From contig CAYSDK010000001.1 of NCBI GenBank assembly GCA_964429865.1, positions 1 to 60,892 on the forward strand: a DNA stretch of 60,892 nt, written 5' to 3'. The first letter of the stretch is position 1. Each line of letters begins with the position of its first letter. This document shows positions 37,592-46,247 of the stretch, piece by piece. The notes beneath the pieces are model-generated. The model saw only the letters and a list, made by a program, of their open reading frames with translations. It was not told the origin of the DNA and made no database searches. A program made the position numbers and the translations under genes. Source of the DNA: an uncultured bacterium (GTDB lineage: Bacteria > Methylomirabilota > Methylomirabilia > Methylomirabilales > CSP1-5).

Positions 37592-37861
37592 ATGGCTATC
37601 ACTGGAAATCCTCTCGCCATAGCACGGGAAATTGGAGACGGCTTTCACTCGCTGACCACGACATCCCTGAAGAGGTACACGCCCGCCGACCTGAAGACCA
37701 TCAACACCAGCCTCCAACAGGTCCTCCGAGACGCCCGGGGAGAGGCGCCCACGCCGGGCGACGCCGAGGCGATCCGAAAGAAAAACCTCCGCCTCCAGCG
37801 CCTGAATACCGCCGTTCTGACGCTCGCCAACTACTGCCGCCAACAGCGCATTCCCATCTGA
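37592..37861 (+). CDS. hypothetical protein (89 aa), start abuts the truA stop
   Basis: The ATG follows the truA TAG immediately. The composition is protein-like ([28 protein letters not shown]...). No family was recognised. It overlaps, in another frame, the non-coding 5' extension of the leuS ORF. Confidence 0.4.
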   Translation: MAITGNPLAIAREIGDGFHSLTTTSLKRYTPADLKTINTSLQQVLRDARGEAPTPGDAEAIRKKNLRLQRLNTAVLTLANYCRQQRIPI

Positions 37862-38016
37862 CGCCTCGCGCGCGCCGTGCCGCCTCAGCGAGGCGGGGTG
37901 CCGATCCGCGCTCTCCAAGCGGCTCAGGGGAGCAGTCAAGGTCGAGGGCCGGGAGTTGCGCCGACCCAATGCCTGTGCTATCTATAGGCGGAACCACCAC
38001 GGGAGAAAGAATCGGC

Positions 38017-40596
38017 ATGGCCAGATCGTACGATTTCAAGGGCGTTGAGGCCGGGGTGCAGCAGGTCTGGGAAGAGCGGAAGGCCTTCCGGGTGACGGAG
38101 GACGCCACACAGCCGAAATACTACTGCCTAGTGATGTACCCCTATCCCTCCGGGAAGATCCACATGGGGCACGTCCGCAACTACGCGATCGGAGATGTCG
38201 TGGCGCGGTACTTCCGGATGCGCGGCCACAACGTGCTCCACCCGATGGGATGGGATTCCTTCGGCCTGCCGGCAGAGAATGCGGCCATCGAACACGGGGT
38301 GCATCCGGCGACCTGGACGGTCGACAACATTACGTATATGCGGACGCAACTCAAGCGGATGGGCCTCTCCTACGACTGGGATCGCGAGATCACGTGTAGC
38401 GATCCCGAGTACTATCGGTGGAATCAATGGCTCTTTCTCAAGATGTATGAGAAGGGGCTCGCGTACAAGAGGCCGGCATTGGTCAACTGGTGCGATGTCT
38501 GCCAAACGGTCCTCGCCAACGAACAGGTGGAAGGGGGGCGGTGCTGGCGCGATGACTCGGTGGTCATCCAGAAGGAGCTGGATCAATGGTTCTTGAAGAT
38601 CACCGCCTACGCCGAGGAGCTCCTCACAGGGCTGGATCGATTGCCAGGCTGGCCCGAGCGGGTCAAGGCGATGCAGCGGAACTGGATCGGGAAGAGCGTC
38701 GGCGCCCAAGTGGACTTTCCGATGGTGAGCGGCGGCCCCCCCATCGCTATCTTCACGACCCGGCAGGACACCCTCTACGGGGCCACCTTCATGGTGCTGG
38801 CGCCGGAGCATCCACTGGCCCGGGAGCTGGCCCGCGGAAGGCCGGAGGTCGAAGGCTTCATCGAGCGGATGCGGACGGAAGACCGCCTGGTCCGGACCGC
38901 GGCCGAGAGCGAAAAGGAGGGGGTGTTTACCGGCGCCTTCGCCATCAATCCGTTGACGCAAGAGAAGATCCCCATCTGGCTCGCCAATTTCGTCCTGTTG
39001 GAATACGGGACCGGCGCCATCATGTCGGTGCCCGCGCACGACCAGCGGGATTTCGAATTCGCCAAGAAATACCACCTCCCGATCCGGCTGGTCATTAATC
39101 CAGAAGAAGGCACCCTCGTCGCCGCGGACCTGGAAAAGGCCTATGAAGGCGAGGGGCTCATGGTGAATTCGGGGCCCTTCAACGGGTTGCCCAGTGGGGA
39201 AGGGCGGGAGGCGGTCGCTCGATATCTGGAAGAGCGGAGGATTGGCAGCGGAGCGGTGAACTATCGGTTGAGGGACTGGGGGATCTCCCGGCAGCGGTAC
39301 TGGGGGACCCCCATCCCCATCATCTACTGTGACCGGTGCGGCACGGTCCCGGTTCTCGAGCGCGACCTGCCGGTCCTGCTCCCTCGGGACGTCGAGATCA
39401 CCATGAAGGGGGGGTCCCCGCTGGCCCGGGTCAAACGCTTTGTCAACGTGAGCTGTCCGACGTGTCACGGGCCGGCCCGTCGAGAGACCGATACGATGGA
39501 TACCTTTGTCGATTCCTCCTGGTACTTCCTCCGCTTCTGCAGCCCCAAGGAGGAGAACCGCCCCCTCGATCCCGCGAAGGTGGCGCACTGGATGGCAGTG
39601 GATCAGTATATCGGGGGGATCGAGCACGCGGTCCTCCACCTGCTCTACGCACGATTCTTTACGCGGGTGATGCGGGACCTAGGGTTGGTTGCGATTGACG
39701 AGCCGTTCGTGAATCTCCTCACGCAAGGCATGGTCTGCAAGGAGACCTACCGGTGCCCCACCCATGGCTACCGGCTCCCCGAAGAGGTGAATGCCAAGGG
39801 GCGGTGCACCGCGTGTGGCGAGCCGGTAGAGATAGGCCGGACCGAGAAGATGTCCAAGTCGAAGAAGAACGTCGTGGACCCGGACGACCTGATGAATCGC
39901 TATGGGACGGATACCGCCCGCGTCTTCTCGCTCTTCGCCGCGCCGCCGGAGAAGGACCTGGAATGGTCCGACAAAGGGGTCGAGGGGGCCTTCCGGTTCC
40001 TCAACCGGGTATACCGGCTGGTGGACGGATGGGCGGAGGAGCTCTGCCGTCCGGTGAAACCCGTCTCCTTCGCCGCCCTGACGGTGGGCCGGGCGCTCTA
40101 CCAGAAGGCCCACTTCACCATCAAGAAGGTGACCGAGGATCTCGACCGGAATTTTCACTTCAACACGGCCATCGCCGCGCTCATGGAGCTCGTAAACAGC
40201 CTGGGGCAATGTGATCTCGGTGGCACGCCAGAAGAACGGGAAGAAAAAAGGGCGGTGGTGCGCTTTGCGGTCGAGACCCTGCTCGTCCTCCTCGCTCCCT
40301 TTGCCCCCCACCTGGCGGAAGAGTTGTGGCAGCGCCTCAGCCATTCCCGGAGCATCTCAGAAGCATCGTGGCCTGCGTATAGCACCGAGGTGATTCAGCG
40401 AGAGGAAATCCTGGTGGTCGTCCAGGTCAATGGGAAGCTCAGAAGCCGGCTCCTGCTGCCCGCCGATGCCGAAGAGGAAGCGCTCCGGACGGCGGCGCTC
40501 CAGGACAGCCGGATCCAGACGTGGCTCGAGGGAAGACAGGTGGTCCGGGTCGTGGTGGTTCCCAAGAAACTGGTCAACATCGTGACCGACGAGTAA
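38017..40596 (+). CDS. leuS: leucine--tRNA ligase
   Basis: [14 protein letters not shown] (HIGH), KMSKSKKN (KMSKS), and the CP1 editing domain. The start is at ATG 38017 (GGGAGAAAG SD); the upstream 150 in-frame codons look non-coding. Confidence 0.96.
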   Translation: MARSYDFKGVEAGVQQVWEERKAFRVTEDATQPKYYCLVMYPYPSGKIHMGHVRNYAIGDVVARYFRMRGHNVLHPMGWDSFGLPAENAAIEHGVHPATWTVDNITYMRTQLKRMGLSYDWDREITCSDPEYYRWNQWLFLKMYEKGLAYKRPALVNWCDVCQTVLANEQVEGGRCWRDDSVVIQKELDQWFLKITAYAEELLTGLDRLPGWPERVKAMQRNWIGKSVGAQVDFPMVSGGPPIAIFTTRQDTLYGATFMVLAPEHPLARELARGRPEVEGFIERMRTEDRLVRTAAESEKEGVFTGAFAINPLTQEKIPIWLANFVLLEYGTGAIMSVPAHDQRDFEFAKKYHLPIRLVINPEEGTLVAADLEKAYEGEGLMVNSGPFNGLPSGEGREAVARYLEERRIGSGAVNYRLRDWGISRQRYWGTPIPIIYCDRCGTVPVLERDLPVLLPRDVEITMKGGSPLARVKRFVNVSCPTCHGPARRETDTMDTFVDSSWYFLRFCSPKEENRPLDPAKVAHWMAVDQYIGGIEHAVLHLLYARFFTRVMRDLGLVAIDEPFVNLLTQGMVCKETYRCPTHGYRLPEEVNAKGRCTACGEPVEIGRTEKMSKSKKNVVDPDDLMNRYGTDTARVFSLFAAPPEKDLEWSDKGVEGAFRFLNRVYRLVDGWAEELCRPVKPVSFAALTVGRALYQKAHFTIKKVTEDLDRNFHFNTAIAALMELVNSLGQCDLGGTPEEREEKRAVVRFAVETLLVLLAPFAPHLAEELWQRLSHSRSISEASWPAYSTEVIQREEILVVVQVNGKLRSRLLLPADAEEEALRTAALQDSRIQTWLEGRQVVRVVVVPKKLVNIVTDE

Positions 40597-40750
40597 CAGC
40601 TGTCAGCCATCCGCTGTCAGCAGTCAGCCATCAGCAGCCAGAGACGTGAGACCGGAGACGGGAGATACCAGACGATAGTCTCCGCTCTCCAGTCTCAAGT
40701 CTCCGGGCTCCGGTCTAGTCCCTGACGGCTGACGGCAGACAGCTGAAGAG
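40597..40750 (+). repeat. heptanucleotide tandem array D: 22 in-phase heptads arranged as [CAGCNNT]6 [NNGAGAC]5 [TCCNNTC]6-7 [TGACGGC]3 (a palindrome of arrays)
   Basis: The heptads are cagctgt cagccat ccgctgt cagcagt cagccat cagcagc cagagac gtgagac cggagac gggagat accagac gatagtc tccgctc tccagtc tcaagtc tccgggc tccggtc tagtccc tgacggc tgacggc agacagc tgaagag. No indel occurs over 154 nt. The right-hand blocks are reverse complements of the left-hand blocks. Confidence 0.9.
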
Positions 40751-40765
40751 CTGCGGGGAGTGTGC

Positions 40766-41272
40766 GTGAGGACGATTCAGACAACGGTGGCCGTTATCGT
40801 CATCGCCCTGGTCGGGGGTGCGTGTGGCTATCGCGGCCAGGTGAACCTTCCGAACGACCTGCAACGGATCCATGTGGCGGTCAGCAACAAAGGGACCTTT
40901 CGACCTGGACTCGAGACCGCCGTCACCCAAGCCCTGACCCAGCGCATCCTCAGCGCCGGGGGCCGAGTCGTGGCGGATGAGACACAGGCGGACGCGACGA
41001 TGAAGGCCGCGATTGTCGCCCTTGAGAACAATCCGGTGGCTTTCGATGCGCAGGATATTGCCCAACGGTTCCGGTTGGCGGTCGTCGTCAACCTGCAGGT
41101 GATCCAGCGGAAGGACAAGGTTGAGCTGGCGAATGAGCAGGTCCGGGGAGAGGCGTACTACTCTACCCCCCCCGGGATTACGGGGACTACGGTGGCGGAG
41201 AATGATGCGATCCGTCGGGCCCTTCGTGATCTTGCCGATAAGGTCGTCACCAGGGTGGTGGACCCTTTCTGA
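40766..41272 (+). CDS. lptE: LPS-assembly lipoprotein LptE
   Basis: Signal peptide plus lipobox-like VIALVGGAC. Conserved leuS-lptE-holA synteny, as in E. coli. A GTG at 40760 is an alternative start. Confidence 0.7.
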   Translation: MRTIQTTVAVIVIALVGGACGYRGQVNLPNDLQRIHVAVSNKGTFRPGLETAVTQALTQRILSAGGRVVADETQADATMKAAIVALENNPVAFDAQDIAQRFRLAVVVNLQVIQRKDKVELANEQVRGEAYYSTPPGITGTTVAENDAIRRALRDLADKVVTRVVDPF

Positions 41273-41305
41273 GGGACGACGCTGTTTGAGCCGGTTCTCC
41301 AAGCT

Positions 41306-42283
41306 GTGATCCGGGGCCAAGTGGCTCCGGCGTATCTTCTGCTGGGTGAGGAAGTCCTCCTCCGCGAAGAGTTTCTCTCTCGCCTGCTGAGCGCTCTCTT
41401 GCCTCCCGGGATGGAGACCCTCAATCGGGAAATCCTTTCAGGGAGCGAGACAGCTTCCGCCGATCTCGCCACCCGCTGTCGGACGGTTCCCGCCTTTGCA
41501 CCGTGGCGGGTCGTAGTGCTGAAAGAGGCAGACCGGCTCCGCAGTGAGGTCTGGGACGCAATGCTGTCCTACCTGGACGCCCCATCCCCGACCACGTGTC
41601 TCATCTGTGTGGCTGACAAGCTGGAGCACGGGCACCGCGGACTCAAGCGCATCGAGGAGGTGGGGAAGGTCCTCCGGTTCGCCTTGCCGAAGGACGGGGA
41701 AGGGCGTGAGCGGCAGTGTCAGGAGTGGATGCGGCAGCGTGCACGACAACAGGGGAAATCCCTGACTCCCGAGGCGGAGCGACTGCTCTTGACGCTCCAG
41801 GGTCCGGATCTCTTGCGTTTGAGCCAGGAGGTGGACAAGCTCTGCCTCTTCGTCGGGGAGCGAGAGCAGATCGACCCTGAGGCGGTAGAGACCCTGGTCG
41901 GCCAGGGGAGGGTGCGGGGGATTTTCGAGCTCACGGCCGCGGTGAGCCGCCGGGACCTCAATGGAGCCTTGTCCTGTCTCCGACACCTCCTGGAAAAGGG
42001 AGAGGAGCCCCTGGGGATGCTGGGGATGCTGGCACGTCAACTGCGGCTCCTCGTGCGGGCCAAGGAACTCCTCGCGCAGTCTTCACCTCCCGCCGAGATC
42101 AGCCGGCTGCTCGGACTCCCACGTCCTTTTGTTTCAGAGATTCTGGAGGCGGCACATATCTCGTCCCTGCCCCGGCTGGAGCAAGGGCTCGCCCGCCTGC
42201 TCGACCTGGACCGAAGGCTGAAATCGTCGGGGGGGGGCCAACCCCTTTTTCTGGAGCTGGCCGTGATCGATCTCTGCTCATGA
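41306..42283 (+). CDS. holA: DNA polymerase III delta subunit
   Basis: N-terminal APAYLLLGEEVLL, length ~325 aa, and position after lptE. Confidence 0.8.
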   Translation: MIRGQVAPAYLLLGEEVLLREEFLSRLLSALLPPGMETLNREILSGSETASADLATRCRTVPAFAPWRVVVLKEADRLRSEVWDAMLSYLDAPSPTTCLICVADKLEHGHRGLKRIEEVGKVLRFALPKDGEGRERQCQEWMRQRARQQGKSLTPEAERLLLTLQGPDLLRLSQEVDKLCLFVGEREQIDPEAVETLVGQGRVRGIFELTAAVSRRDLNGALSCLRHLLEKGEEPLGMLGMLARQLRLLVRAKELLAQSSPPAEISRLLGLPRPFVSEILEAAHISSLPRLEQGLARLLDLDRRLKSSGGGQPLFLELAVIDLCS

Positions 42284-42291
42284 AGGTCGGA

Positions 42292-42564
42292 CTACTGGGA
42301 GCTCCCGCGGCCCTGCACCTGATGGGCGAGCCGGGACTTGTAGCGGGCCGCCGTTCGGGAATGGATGATCCCCTTGGAGGCGGTCTTGTCGATAATCGCC
42401 ACCGCTGCCTGAAAGGCAGCCACGGCCGCCTCCCGGTTTCCCGTCTCTACCGCGTGACGGACCCTCTTTATGGTCGTTCGGAGTCGGCTTCTGGCCCTGC
42501 GGTTGCGCAGGGCTCGCACCTGGGCCTGGCGCAACTGCTTCGCTGCCGATCTGGTGTTGGGCAT
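42292..42564 (-). CDS. rpsT: 30S ribosomal protein S20
   Basis: MPNTRSAAKQLRQAQVRALRNRRARSRLRTTIKR... is a typical S20. GGAGGA SD on the minus strand. The longer 246-aa ORF was trimmed to the internal Met. Confidence 0.93.
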   Translation of the reverse strand: MPNTRSAAKQLRQAQVRALRNRRARSRLRTTIKRVRHAVETGNREAAVAAFQAAVAIIDKTASKGIIHSRTAARYKSRLAHQVQGRGSSQ

Positions 42565-42619
42565 CGATCCATCCTCCACGAGAACGCGGCAACGGATTGT
42601 ATAGAGGAATTCCATCCCG

Positions 42620-44197
42620 ATGTCAAGCCCTTTTGACCCCAAGGTACCGACGCAGCACCTGGCAGCCGCCGCCTCTGTGGTGAGCGGCGGAACCTTCGTC
42701 AGCCGGGTCCTGGGATATGTCCGCGATATGCTCATCGCCCATCGATTCGGGGGGGGACTGCATGCGGACGCCTTCTTTGTGGCCTTTCGCATCCCGAATA
42801 TGGCCCGAGAACTCCTCGGGGAGGGGGCACTCTCCGCCGGCTTCATCCCGGTCTTCACCGAGACCCTGACCAAGGAGGGGCGGCCGTCGGCCTTTCGGAT
42901 GGCAGGCCGCGCCTTTTGGACGATGGCCCTGATGCTGTTCGTGGTGTGCGCCCTCGGCGCCTGGAGCGCGCCGGGCCTGGTCCACCTGATCGCCCCCGGG
43001 TTCGGGGCAGAGCCGGAGAAGCTTGACCTCACCGTGGCGCTGACCCGCGTGATGTTTCCTTACCTGTTCTTCATCGGGCTGACTGCGCTCATGATGGGGA
43101 TTCTGAACTCCCTCGGCCACTTTGCCGCTCCAGCCTTCTCTCCCGCCTTGCTCAACATGGCGATGATCCTGTGTCTTATCTTCCTGGCTCCGCGCCTTGA
43201 AGAGCCCGTCTATGCCTTGGCGTATGGGGTCCTGGGGGGAGGGGTGCTGCAGCTCCTGTCCCAGCTTCCCCCGGCCGGGCGCCGCGGAGTGACCCTGACC
43301 CCAACGGGACCGTGGCGGGATCCCGCCCTGGCGCGGATCGGACGGTTGATGGTCCCTGGCGTCGCCGGGCTCGCCGTCACCCAGCTCAACGTGTTCATCA
43401 CCACCCTTCTGGCCTCCTTCTTGGTCGAGGGGTCGATTTCGTATCTCTACTACGCGTTCCGGCTCGTCCATCTCCCCATTGGTCTCATCGGGGTGGCGGG
43501 TGCGACGGCCGTCTTTCCGGCGATGGCCGCCGCCGCCCAGCGCTCCTCCGCAGATGTGAAGAAAACCCTGGTCTTCGCTCTCCGCCTCACCCTCTTCCTG
43601 ACCATTCCTGCCCTGCTGGGCCTGGCGATCTTTCGGCAACCCATCATCCATCTCCTCTTTGAGCGGGGGGCGTTTACCCGCGGCATGACCCTCGCCACCG
43701 CCCAGGTCGTGCTGGGATACAGCCTCGGGCTGTGCTTTTTCGTCGCCAACCGGGTGCTGGTTCCCGCCTTTTACGCCTTCCAGGACACGACGACCCCTGT
43801 CAAGGCGGGCGCCGTCGCCGTCGCGAGCAACATCCTCTTCAGCCTCGTGCTGATGGGCCCCCTGGAGGCGGCGGGGCTTGCCGTCGCGACTTCTCTCGCC
43901 TCTGTGGTGAACTTCACCCTCTTGATCGTGATGCTCAGAAGGCATGTGGGACCGCTCCCCGGGCGAGATCTGGCCAGATCCCTCGCAAAAACGGGTCTCG
44001 CCGGCCTGGGGATGGCCGCGACGTGCCTGATCCTCGAAGTTCTCTGGCCATGGGGTGGGCATGGGTTCCTCCCGCAGCTTGGCCACCTGGTCGGGGGGCT
44101 TGGCCTTGGAACAACAGTCTTTTTGGGAGTGGCTGTCTTCCTCGGTTGCGAGGAGGTTCAGGTCCTTCGGAGGCTCTTTCAAAGGCGATCAACCTAA
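42620..44197 (+). CDS. murJ: lipid II flippase MurJ (MviN)
   Basis: SRVLGYVRDMLIAHRFG, AFFVAFRIPN, ~14 TM segments, and divergent from rpsT. Confidence 0.92.
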   Translation: MSSPFDPKVPTQHLAAAASVVSGGTFVSRVLGYVRDMLIAHRFGGGLHADAFFVAFRIPNMARELLGEGALSAGFIPVFTETLTKEGRPSAFRMAGRAFWTMALMLFVVCALGAWSAPGLVHLIAPGFGAEPEKLDLTVALTRVMFPYLFFIGLTALMMGILNSLGHFAAPAFSPALLNMAMILCLIFLAPRLEEPVYALAYGVLGGGVLQLLSQLPPAGRRGVTLTPTGPWRDPALARIGRLMVPGVAGLAVTQLNVFITTLLASFLVEGSISYLYYAFRLVHLPIGLIGVAGATAVFPAMAAAAQRSSADVKKTLVFALRLTLFLTIPALLGLAIFRQPIIHLLFERGAFTRGMTLATAQVVLGYSLGLCFFVANRVLVPAFYAFQDTTTPVKAGAVAVASNILFSLVLMGPLEAAGLAVATSLASVVNFTLLIVMLRRHVGPLPGRDLARSLAKTGLAGLGMAATCLILEVLWPWGGHGFLPQLGHLVGGLGLGTTVFLGVAVFLGCEEVQVLRRLFQRRST

Positions 44198-44209
44198 AAC
44201 AGATTTGTA

Positions 44210-44238
44210 TTGACAGGCAACGAGGGGAAAAGTATGTT
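44210..44238 (+). promoter_or_regulatory. sigma70-type promoter candidate (TTGACA-N17-TATGTT)
   Basis: TTGACA at 44210-44215 and TATGTT at 44233-44238, ~100 nt upstream of the ThDP-enzyme ATG. Confidence 0.55.
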
Positions 44239-44340
44239 ATTCTTTACGTTTCGGGGCATTCTTTCACCTTGAGCTTCAGCATTGTGTGACGGCGAGGAGG
44301 GGACCGAAACCATCAAGAAACTGTCATCGAGGGGAGAGCG

Positions 44341-46107
44341 ATGAGCATCGCAGCAGGGAGTCCGGGTCTCGAGAAAAATGTGGGGAACTTCGCTTTGATC
44401 GACACCTTGCGCCAGTGGGGTATCCGCCACTACAGCGGGGTCAATGGCGGGGGGGTCATCCACGTCACGAAATACTTGGAGCCCCTGACCCATCCATCCC
44501 AAATTACGGATGGCGTTCCCCGCCTCTTGACGATGGGGGAGTATGTGTCGGGCTTTATGCCGCTGGGCTATCACCTGGCCACTGGCCGTATCGCGGGCTC
44601 GATCACCACGACCGGGGCAGCGACCAAGCTCGGTTCGAGCGGGATCACCGACGCCAAGGTGCACAACATTCCGGCGGTCTACATCATCGCTCTGAATTCC
44701 ACGGGTTCGATCGGCAAGGCTCCCCTCCAAGACGTCTCGCATTACGGCATGAATATCGTCCCCCAACTCCAAGCCGAACTGGGGGAGGGGTGCATCGTTC
44801 TCGACAACGTCAATCGGCTCGAACGAGACCTCGCGAAGGCACAGAACATTCTTCACGATTCGCAACCCGTCGCCTTTGCCTTCTACCCGGATATCCTTTC
44901 ACGAGAGGTTGAGGTGAGCGTTCCCCGGACGGAAAAAGCACGCACCCTCAACCAGAAGGATGTCGCGGCCTTCCTCGAACGGTTCCCGGCCATGGCCAAG
45001 GGGCGCCGGGTGATCATCTACGTCGGTGAGGAGGCGGCCTTCTACCCCAACATCGCACAGCTCACCACGGAACTATCGGAGCTGCTCCAGGCCCCCACGA
45101 TCTGGTCCATCAATGGGGCCAATGCGGTCTCCCCCAAGAATCCGTACAGCTACGGCTACATCCTCTTCGGGGGTAACGACAAGGCGATGCAGTTGTGGCG
45201 GAGCATGACTCCCGAGGATATTGTCATTACGCTCGGCTTCTGCCCCGGCGAGTATTCGATCAACCTGGAAAACTTCCCCGCCAAGTGCACCTGGCACTTC
45301 GGCGCGTACATGTACGGTTACGGCCAGGTCAACGGCGATTTTCGCCACCGGTGCAAAGGGGACTACAGGCAAGTCCGTGGCGATATCGACCTCGCCCTCG
45401 AAGCGATCATCCCTCGGCTGAAGACGATGGGCGTCGGGAAGGACAGGCCGAAGGTCGAGCAGCCGGATAATCTGAACTCCCGAGAGGTCTGGCGGGACGT
45501 CCGGAAAGACTGCGTCGACTTCATGTCCTTCTACGAGGAGCTGCCCAAATACTGGCAACCACACAGCATTGGGTTCGACGATGTCTGTATCTCCTATAAG
45601 GATCGGCAGTACGTGACGCAGCGGCCCCACCCGAATATCAAATTCTGGACCGCGCACCACGGCTCTGCGATGGGCGGTGCCTTCGGCCTCGGGGTTGGCG
45701 CCAAGCTGGCCGATCCGAGCCTTCACACCTTTATGTTTTGCGGGGATGGATGCTGGCGCCTCTTTGGCGGGTGCCTGGCCGACGCGGCAAACCTCGACCT
45801 GCGCCTGTTCATCATCAACAACGGGACCTACGGGATTGTCGATAAGGGGCTGGAGATGATCATCCCGACTGTCGAGAAACCCCGCTACCACTCGAAGCTG
45901 CCGAGGATCGACTTCGTGGCGGCCGCCAAGGCCCACGGCTGGGATGGCTTCTACCTCAAGCCCGACCTCAGCAATCTGAAAGAAATCATGGATGCCTGCC
46001 ATACGCCGGCGGGTAGGTCGATCCTGGTGGATGTCCCTGTGGACAACGAGCAGGTCGTCGGCTTGAACGCCCGGCTGCTGAACCTCACGACACAGGCGTA
46101 TCTGTAG
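44341..46107 (+). CDS. divergent thiamine-diphosphate-dependent enzyme (acetolactate-synthase/POX superfamily), specificity unknown
   Basis: Three-domain length (588 aa). PYR-domain Glu candidate in TMGEYVSG. C-terminal ThDP motif CGDGCWRLFGG...LFIINNGTYG. Otherwise weakly similar to ilvB downstream. Confidence 0.7.
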   Translation: MSIAAGSPGLEKNVGNFALIDTLRQWGIRHYSGVNGGGVIHVTKYLEPLTHPSQITDGVPRLLTMGEYVSGFMPLGYHLATGRIAGSITTTGAATKLGSSGITDAKVHNIPAVYIIALNSTGSIGKAPLQDVSHYGMNIVPQLQAELGEGCIVLDNVNRLERDLAKAQNILHDSQPVAFAFYPDILSREVEVSVPRTEKARTLNQKDVAAFLERFPAMAKGRRVIIYVGEEAAFYPNIAQLTTELSELLQAPTIWSINGANAVSPKNPYSYGYILFGGNDKAMQLWRSMTPEDIVITLGFCPGEYSINLENFPAKCTWHFGAYMYGYGQVNGDFRHRCKGDYRQVRGDIDLALEAIIPRLKTMGVGKDRPKVEQPDNLNSREVWRDVRKDCVDFMSFYEELPKYWQPHSIGFDDVCISYKDRQYVTQRPHPNIKFWTAHHGSAMGGAFGLGVGAKLADPSLHTFMFCGDGCWRLFGGCLADAANLDLRLFIINNGTYGIVDKGLEMIIPTVEKPRYHSKLPRIDFVAAAKAHGWDGFYLKPDLSNLKEIMDACHTPAGRSILVDVPVDNEQVVGLNARLLNLTTQAYL

Positions 46108-46247
46108 CCTCCGGGGGCGGGCAGCACATGACGCGGACAGGCGAGGAGCCTCCTGGGTCTCGGAGGCGTGCTCTGCCCAGAGGGGTCCGGGACGGGGCAC
46201 GCCCTTCACGTATTACCTGAAGACGGACTGGCGCGGGGGCAGGAGCC

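Noticed and set aside
37567-38016. A 150-codon N-terminal extension of the leuS ORF.
   Set aside because: The extension is Arg/Pro/Gly-rich and unlike any LeuRS N-terminus. A good SD plus ATG at 38017 gives the canonical start ([13 protein letters not shown]...).
42229-42237. G8-G9 homopolymer tracts inside coding genes as possible phase-variation switches: holA 42229-42237, thiolase-like 13815-13822, meaB 17099-17106, murJ 42749-42756, ilvB 46322-46329.
   Set aside because: All lie in essential or housekeeping genes, encode Gly-Gly-Gly in frame, and are expected at this GC content. Nothing suggests contingency-locus behaviour.
42284-42291. An 8-bp gap between the convergent holA and rpsT stops, considered as a possible unusual shared terminator.
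   Set aside because: There is no hairpin or T-tract in or around the gap. Tight convergent packing alone is not remarkable.
44234-44272. A 12-codon mini-ORF (MLFFTFRGILSP) as a possible ilv-type attenuation leader peptide.
   Set aside because: Its ATG lies inside the predicted -10 element. It has no run of Ile/Val/Leu codons and no following terminator/antiterminator pair.
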